From Amoebophrya sp. A120 (Eukaryota > Protista > Dinoflagellata): DNA of 64,000 bases. A model generated the notes under the pieces. It had not been told where the DNA came from. It was given only the letters and a program-made list of their open reading frames with translations, and made no database searches. Position numbers and translations under genes: made by a program. Positions 58,473 to 64,000 of the stretch are shown here, one piece after another (the first letter of the stretch is position 1; every line of letters begins with the position of its first letter). Location: NCBI GenBank assembly GCA_905178155.1, contig CAJINV010000002.1, positions 11,720,591 through 11,784,590 on the forward strand. The letters run 5' to 3'.

Positions 58473-61400
58473 ATGGTCATGACTGCTTCCACGATGCTTT
58501 GGCTCGTCAACTCTATCTTCGTGCTCTTGAGTTGCGAACGCTTGAGTTTTGCGTCGTCCGCGAACCGAATTAGGCACCAGCGTTTCCTGACGCTCGACGA
58601 GTACGACCGGTTTCTGGCCCAGAAGCGGGTCCAAACATGGACGAAGCAACTCGCGAAGAGAAAAAAAAGCGTGGGAGCTTCCGTGTCAAAGTTTCGGCAG
58701 TGGGTCGCGGCGACAAGGAATGTTCGGCGGAAGACGCCATCAGCGGCAAGAAGCGAAAGACAACAGCACCATCCAGAGAGCCGCGTTGTGCCTCCTGTAG
58801 CCGACGATGAAGCTGCAGAGGAGCCGCATGCGCCCCTACGCTTGCAGCTCGAGCGCAAAGTGCGGAGATGGATGCGCAGCGTGCGCGATTTGAACCGCAA
58901 CGAGATGCTCTTCGCTGTGATGGCCAGCCGCACGATGGAGTGGCGGGCGGTGGTATCCAGGAAAAAACACCCATCCCCATCTAATTTGTGATGCAAATAA
59001 AACATGCATAATTTGCACGGTCGTTTGTCATGCAAAAAATGGATGGGGATTGGTGTTTTTTCCTGGATAGGTGGCGATGGAGGACCTGGTTCTGAAGAAA
59101 ATGCCGCACGTGCGCTACGTCGTCGAAGAGTACCTGGACAACCTGCCGCGAGAGCGGCAGTGGAAGGTGCACTTCCGCAAGCAGGCTTCGCAGGTCCGGA
59201 AGTCGAAGAACAAGGACGTGTGGAAGGTGCGGAAGGAGTACATGAAGGTGCAGCGGCAGCAACTCGAGTTCATCACGCAGCACCCGCATTTGCCGCGGGA
59301 GATCGAGTGGGTCATGTTGCTGGACGACGACACCTGGTTTGACTGGGACCAGATGAGCCGCATGCTGCGCACCAAGGATCCGACCGACCCGGTGCTGTTT
59401 TCCTACATTTTGTCCGACGCCCAAGTCATCGGCTACGACTACCCGTGCGGCGGCGCCGGCATGGTGATGAGCCGCGCCGCCTACGACCTGATCTCCAAGC
59501 CGTTGGCCGACGACTCGATCTGCCCCTTTGTGAACTTCAACGACCTGACCCTGGGACTCTGCCTGAGCACCTTTCAGGTGCCGATGGTGCATTCGGAACT
59601 GATGCACTGCATGCCCACTCTGAACATGGCCAGCCGCTCGTGGGAGAACCTGAACGACGTGCAGGAGCAGGTCGCGTTTCATCGGTTAATCGCGTCCACC
59701 AACCTGGATGGTTTGATCGACATGCTTTCCGACCGCTCGCAGGCGCTGGAGCAGATCGCGGGCCTGGGGGCTGGCTGCCGCATGGCGCCGAAACTTGCGA
59801 CCAGTGACCACGTGGACTCGCGGATGCTCATGCTGCACGAGCGCATGCTACCTAGATTCGTCGAGAAATGCAACCGAGCAGCGGGAACAGGAGCCTTCGC
59901 AGGGCCGACAACATCCGGCCATGCAGCGTTCTCTAGCAGCACTAGAAGCAGTCTCGTGTCCTCGGTCGCGCGCTTCAATCCGGAGGCTGCGTGGCGAAGC
60001 GATTTCGATCCGGGGCAGAGCAGCCTGCTGTTCCAGCTCTTCGACGACTTTCATATTCCGCACATGCAGGCCCGGAAGTTCGCTCCCGCCGACTCGATCT
60101 ACAGTCGGGCGACAGCGAAAACCTTGCCAGTTTGGCTCGAAGGCCTTGTCCGAGCAGAAGGTACTTCTAGAGCATCATCCCCTAGCGGCGGAACCACGGA
60201 AAGTTACAGCCGGCGCCACGGCCGCCCAACGGCGCGGTTGCAGATGCGGTGGAAGTTGCGGCTCATGGCGCAGCGCGCGTTTCCGGCCGCAGACCGGATC
60301 TCCTTCAGCAAAGACCACGAGTTCACGCGCGTGCTGCGCCAGCAGCTAGACATGGACGGCAAGAAGACAGAAGAACTCGATGAATTGCGCCTCGAGGATG
60401 CGTTAAGCAAACGCTTTTCGACAGATAGAGTTTCTGGCTTACCGGACTGGGTCGATGTCGTGGTGCGTAATTTCAGGGCGATGTCCCCCCAGCGGAGCCA
60501 TGGAGTCAAAGATCTTCGCACGAGCAGTTCGAGTGCAAGGGACAAGACCAAGTGTGGGAGTTCCTGGACCTTTCTCAGCTTCTACGCGAGTACAACTTAC
60601 GTGAACTTGGAGTTGATGCAGAACCTTATCCGTGACTTGCACGAGCTCTTTCCTTGCGAACGATCCGTGTCAAAGGACAGACTCGATCTTCGTCCCGATA
60701 GTGCTACCAAAATAGAGGAGCTGCACGACTTGATTTTCGATGACGATCCCATTGCAGCAGCGAAAAGTAATCACGCCGACGAAAGAACAAGCGAGATGAA
60801 CTTTGACCACACTGCGGAACCTCAAAAAAAGCAAGGGCGCGACGAAAATGCGGACGACCCCACCACTTTCGACCTGGTGTCTGGCCAGCCGCCTTTAGCC
60901 GTTGCCTACATTCACACCGAGTCGCACATCGAGCCGGCAGCTGGGGTGCTGCTGAACGAGCAAGGAATTCGAAGATTGGAGACGTGCACCGCGAAGGATC
61001 AGCGAAGAATCGAGTTGCACCCGGAGATCCACAAGTTCATTTCCGTCACGGACGAGCTGAGCGTGAAGTTTTGGAAGCAGAAGAAGCTCCACTTGCCGCA
61101 GTTGCAGCTGCAGGACAACCTGCTCGGCGTGGACGTCTATAACGTATTGAAATTCTGTGGCGTCTTCCTGGTGCACTCGCGCCGCTTCGCGCCGAATCTC
61201 ACCGGTTTGATTACATATTCCACTTGGCGCCGGCCGCACCGCGCTCCTATCTCGGAGCTGGTCACAGCCGGGCAGGTTTGGAATCACCAGCGCATGGTGG
61301 CACTCACTATTTACGGCGAGGAACGGCAAAAGTGGCTCGCACTGGAGCAGACTGGTGAATTTGTCGAGCCAGAAGCTGCAGCAAGAGACAGTAAAGTCCG

Positions 61401-61683
61401 GAGCCACGACGGGGGCCGAGAGCAAGAAACTGCAGGGGCTTCTGCTCCTTCGAGTGATGTCACAGACCCGTCACAAGAAGGAGATGCCTCCTTTTTGTCA
61501 TCAGCAGCAGACGAAATAGCTGCGCCGCCGACCCGGTTTCGGTTCGAGAAGAACATAGAACAGAGTCGCATCCCCGGCGGCATTTTTGTTGGAGACATAG
61601 TTATGACGTACCGCTCAGAACACTTCCTGGCTGACGCGCAGGCTACAAACGACAAGAGAATACGCAAGAAGGACGAGACATAG
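58473..61683 (+). CDS. Glycosyltransferase family 31 (fringe/beta-1,3-glycosyltransferase-like; two exons)
   Basis: WVMLLDDDTW, YPCGGAGMVMSRAA, NDLTLGLCL and AFH motifs, with an N-terminal hydrophobic segment. The ORFs join across the introner at 58954-59069. Confidence 0.82.
58954..59069. mobile_element. Introner/MITE family G (116 bp)
   Basis: 28-bp TIR tatccaggaaaaaacacccatccccatc / gatggggattggtgttttttcctggata (1 mismatch). TSD ggtgg at 58949-58953 and 59070-59074. Removal gives MEWRAVAMEDLVLKK in frame. Confidence 0.93.
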
Positions 61684-61987
61684 ACGCAGCCATTGGTCGC
61701 GGTTTCTCTTTTTTGGCGGTTATGAGCTTCAATTGTACAACCCGGGAAGGCCGCGGGTTGTGGTGCGTGCAGGGGTGGCCGCTGTTCTTTACAACTCTTA
61801 TTTGATCTTTTATTTGCTTACGTTTTGCTTCTTGTTCTTCCAGACTTGCAACTTTGATAATCCGTCGCCCTTTTTGATTCGTTTCGCTCCTCGTCCGCGA
61901 CCGCGCTGTTTAGCCTCAGCTTTAAATTTGAGGCAGTACTGTGTGTAGTTTTGGGTATTGCACTTCCTTTGCGTACTAGCTTTGAAA

Positions 61988-64000
61988 ATGAAGGAAAAAA
62001 GTGGCACCAAGTCACGGTTGCTGGTGCGCGGGAGAAGTCGCACAGAAAGGAACAAACGGGATCCGCACTGTGAGCAGCTACACCGGCCTGGTTCCAGCAC
62101 AGGTCTGCAGAAAACGCCTCCGCCAGCTGCTGCTGCGAGTACAAGCACGCCTCTTCGACGCAAGAAGAGTCACCCCCAAGAAGAGATCAACACTCATCAG
62201 AACGTCAAGGGTGGGCCGTCACCACGGGGGCAGGCCCACGCATCGAATCCGAAAAATGCCGCTCCAAATCCAATACATGCGGGGAAAGCGATAGCGAAAG
62301 GCGACGAGAATTTATCCACCCGGGCGGCAAAGCCTATCTTTGGAAAGGGGTTCGTGCAAGTTCCGTGTGGTCACGGTGGCGGGAAGCAAATGTCCCCATC
62401 ACCTTCTGGTGCGACGACATACGAGGAGAATAGGATCGAACCCGGTGCACCAGTAAGAGGAGCAGGATCTTGTTCGAGGCAGATGAATGCAAAGGCAACG
62501 GATCCACCAGCTGCCGGGGATGAAAGTGGTGTTCCTCAGAAGAGACGGTTGGACAGACGGGTTGTTCCGCTTCACTACTCACGCGGTTCCAACTCGTCCT
62601 TGGGCACGACCAGCAGCACGTCGTCGTCCAGGGCGTCGTCGCGGTCCACTTCCAAGAGTTCGGCCAAGAGTTCGGTTCGCGGAAACCGTGGTTCCTCGAG
62701 ACGACACGGACGCGCGCAGCGGTCAAAGAGAACATCCAGCGCGAGGACGTCGTTGGAGCAGCAGCTTCGAGGAAATGCACAAGGAAATAGAAACACTTCT
62801 AGATCTCGACCACACGACCGGGTCGTGATGAAGACCGCACGAGCGGCGGGGGCTGCTTTCAAACCACGGCAAATGATCAGGTCGCGAAGCAGCAGTGTGG
62901 CGAGTCTTTTGTCCAATGCATCGATGTCTGACCTGGAACGGGCTCACAAGAGGTTGCAGACGGTTCCAAAGTTGCGCGGGGGCGGGAAACCCACCGCGCT
63001 CTTGAACGATCTGGACCTCCACTACACTGACCCCAATACGGGCGACAAGTTTGTGCTGCCCTACGACCACCAGCCACTAAGCGATTACGTGAACTTGACG
63101 ATCAAGCAAGAGTGCAACCTCGCGATCACGTGGCGTACCTGGCCCATTCTGGACGAAGAAAAGATTTCTAGGTTTGAAACAAAAAGTGGGAACCCCCGGG
63201 ACACAACTGCACCAGAAATCAGTATACCGAAGCACGTTGTCGCACTGTCTTCGTTCTTGACACGAGTTTTCTGCGCTGTCTACCGCTGCGGACGCTTCGT
63301 TTTCATAAAGATGAAGAAGGTAGTCAAGTGTGTGGCGCGATATGTTTTTGCGTTGAAGAAGAGGAAGCAAGGAAGTAGAGCAGGACGGGACCACGGAGCG
63401 GGAGATCTTCAAGCTGCGGGCAACAAGAGAACGGCTGTGTCGGGAAGTTCTGACTCCGAAAAAGAAAGTTTACTACAAATCAGCGGTAAAAAGGTGGACG
63501 ACGTCGACGCGACGACAGGGAAACAAGGCACGCGCGATGCTGCTCCCTTCTTCTACGTGCACGGGCAAGATACAAATAACCTCAAGTTTTTGAACATGGC
63601 GATGCTCGGGTATGGGCTTTGCGCCGCTCTCACGGCCGGCGGTTTTTTTGGATCTCTCTTGCGAACGACCGCGGTCGTGAGCGATGGACTGTCTGGAGCT
63701 CCTCCGGCGAACAATTTAATCTTTCACAGTGGAGCCCGACGAGAATATGCTCGGGATTACGCGCCGCCGCAACCGGTTTTCTTGCACGCGGGATGGGCAC
63801 AAAATGTGCCTGGCCAACAAACCGCCCATACCGGTGCGAACTACGTTGCTCCGCATGGTCCCCCCGCTGCACAGCATCATCAAGTGCACCCCGATCGTGT
63901 GATTGGTGATCCCCGTGAGCTAGAGCCGCTGCGAGACCGCGTTTCGCTCCACAATAACGCCCTTGATTCTGGCAACGGCAACCTTCAGCAGCAGCAGCAG
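61988..64000 (+). CDS. Hypothetical low-complexity protein, truncated by the window end
   Basis: Manual translation from ATG 61988 (MKEKSGTKSRLL...) stays open to the window end (...GNLQQQQQ). It is absent from the ORF track, presumably because it has no stop codon in the window. Confidence 0.7.
   Translation, partial: MKEKSGTKSRLLVRGRSRTERNKRDPHCEQLHRPGSSTGLQKTPPPAAAASTSTPLRRKKSHPQEEINTHQNVKGGPSPRGQAHASNPKNAAPNPIHAGKAIAKGDENLSTRAAKPIFGKGFVQVPCGHGGGKQMSPSPSGATTYEENRIEPGAPVRGAGSCSRQMNAKATDPPAAGDESGVPQKRRLDRRVVPLHYSRGSNSSLGTTSSTSSSRASSRSTSKSSAKSSVRGNRGSSRRHGRAQRSKRTSSARTSLEQQLRGNAQGNRNTSRSRPHDRVVMKTARAAGAAFKPRQMIRSRSSSVASLLSNASMSDLERAHKRLQTVPKLRGGGKPTALLNDLDLHYTDPNTGDKFVLPYDHQPLSDYVNLTIKQECNLAITWRTWPILDEEKISRFETKSGNPRDTTAPEISIPKHVVALSSFLTRVFCAVYRCGRFVFIKMKKVVKCVARYVFALKKRKQGSRAGRDHGAGDLQAAGNKRTAVSGSSDSEKESLLQISGKKVDDVDATTGKQGTRDAAPFFYVHGQDTNNLKFLNMAMLGYGLCAALTAGGFFGSLLRTTAVVSDGLSGAPPANNLIFHSGARREYARDYAPPQPVFLHAGWAQNVPGQQTAHTGANYVAPHGPPAAQHHQVHPDRVIGDPRELEPLRDRVSLHNNALDSGNGNLQQQQQ

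Overview
Eukaryotic, gene-dense, intron-containing DNA. It is most consistent with a syndinian dinoflagellate parasite such as Amoebophrya (inferred from co-oriented gene blocks, TIR-bounded non-canonical introns and a plant-type HemD without a transit peptide). A giant multi-exon gene runs on the minus strand (<1-~12.8 kb). A mirror-symmetric G-rich/AT-rich/C-rich divergent strand-switch region follows (~13.9-15.3 kb), then about 12 consecutive plus-strand genes: a DOT1-like methyltransferase, HemD, GT32, LicD-like, GT31/fringe-like, a GT-like protein, and coiled-coil and repeat proteins. The main signal is nine 116-308 bp elements from seven sequence families, all inserted in coding exons. 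Each begins TAT and ends ATA, has terminal inverted repeats, a 5-bp target-site duplication, an A-tract ending 14-15 nt from the left terminus (mirrored at the right) and several copies of a shared TGT(C/G/A)ATGC motif. Removing each restores the host reading frame, so they behave as MITE-like introners. Two families occur in both orientations relative to transcription. One splice register gives NT...AN boundaries in all nine and stays in frame by adding one codon. No transposase is visible in the window. All coordinates and counts were derived by eye, and splice sites are predictions without RNA data.
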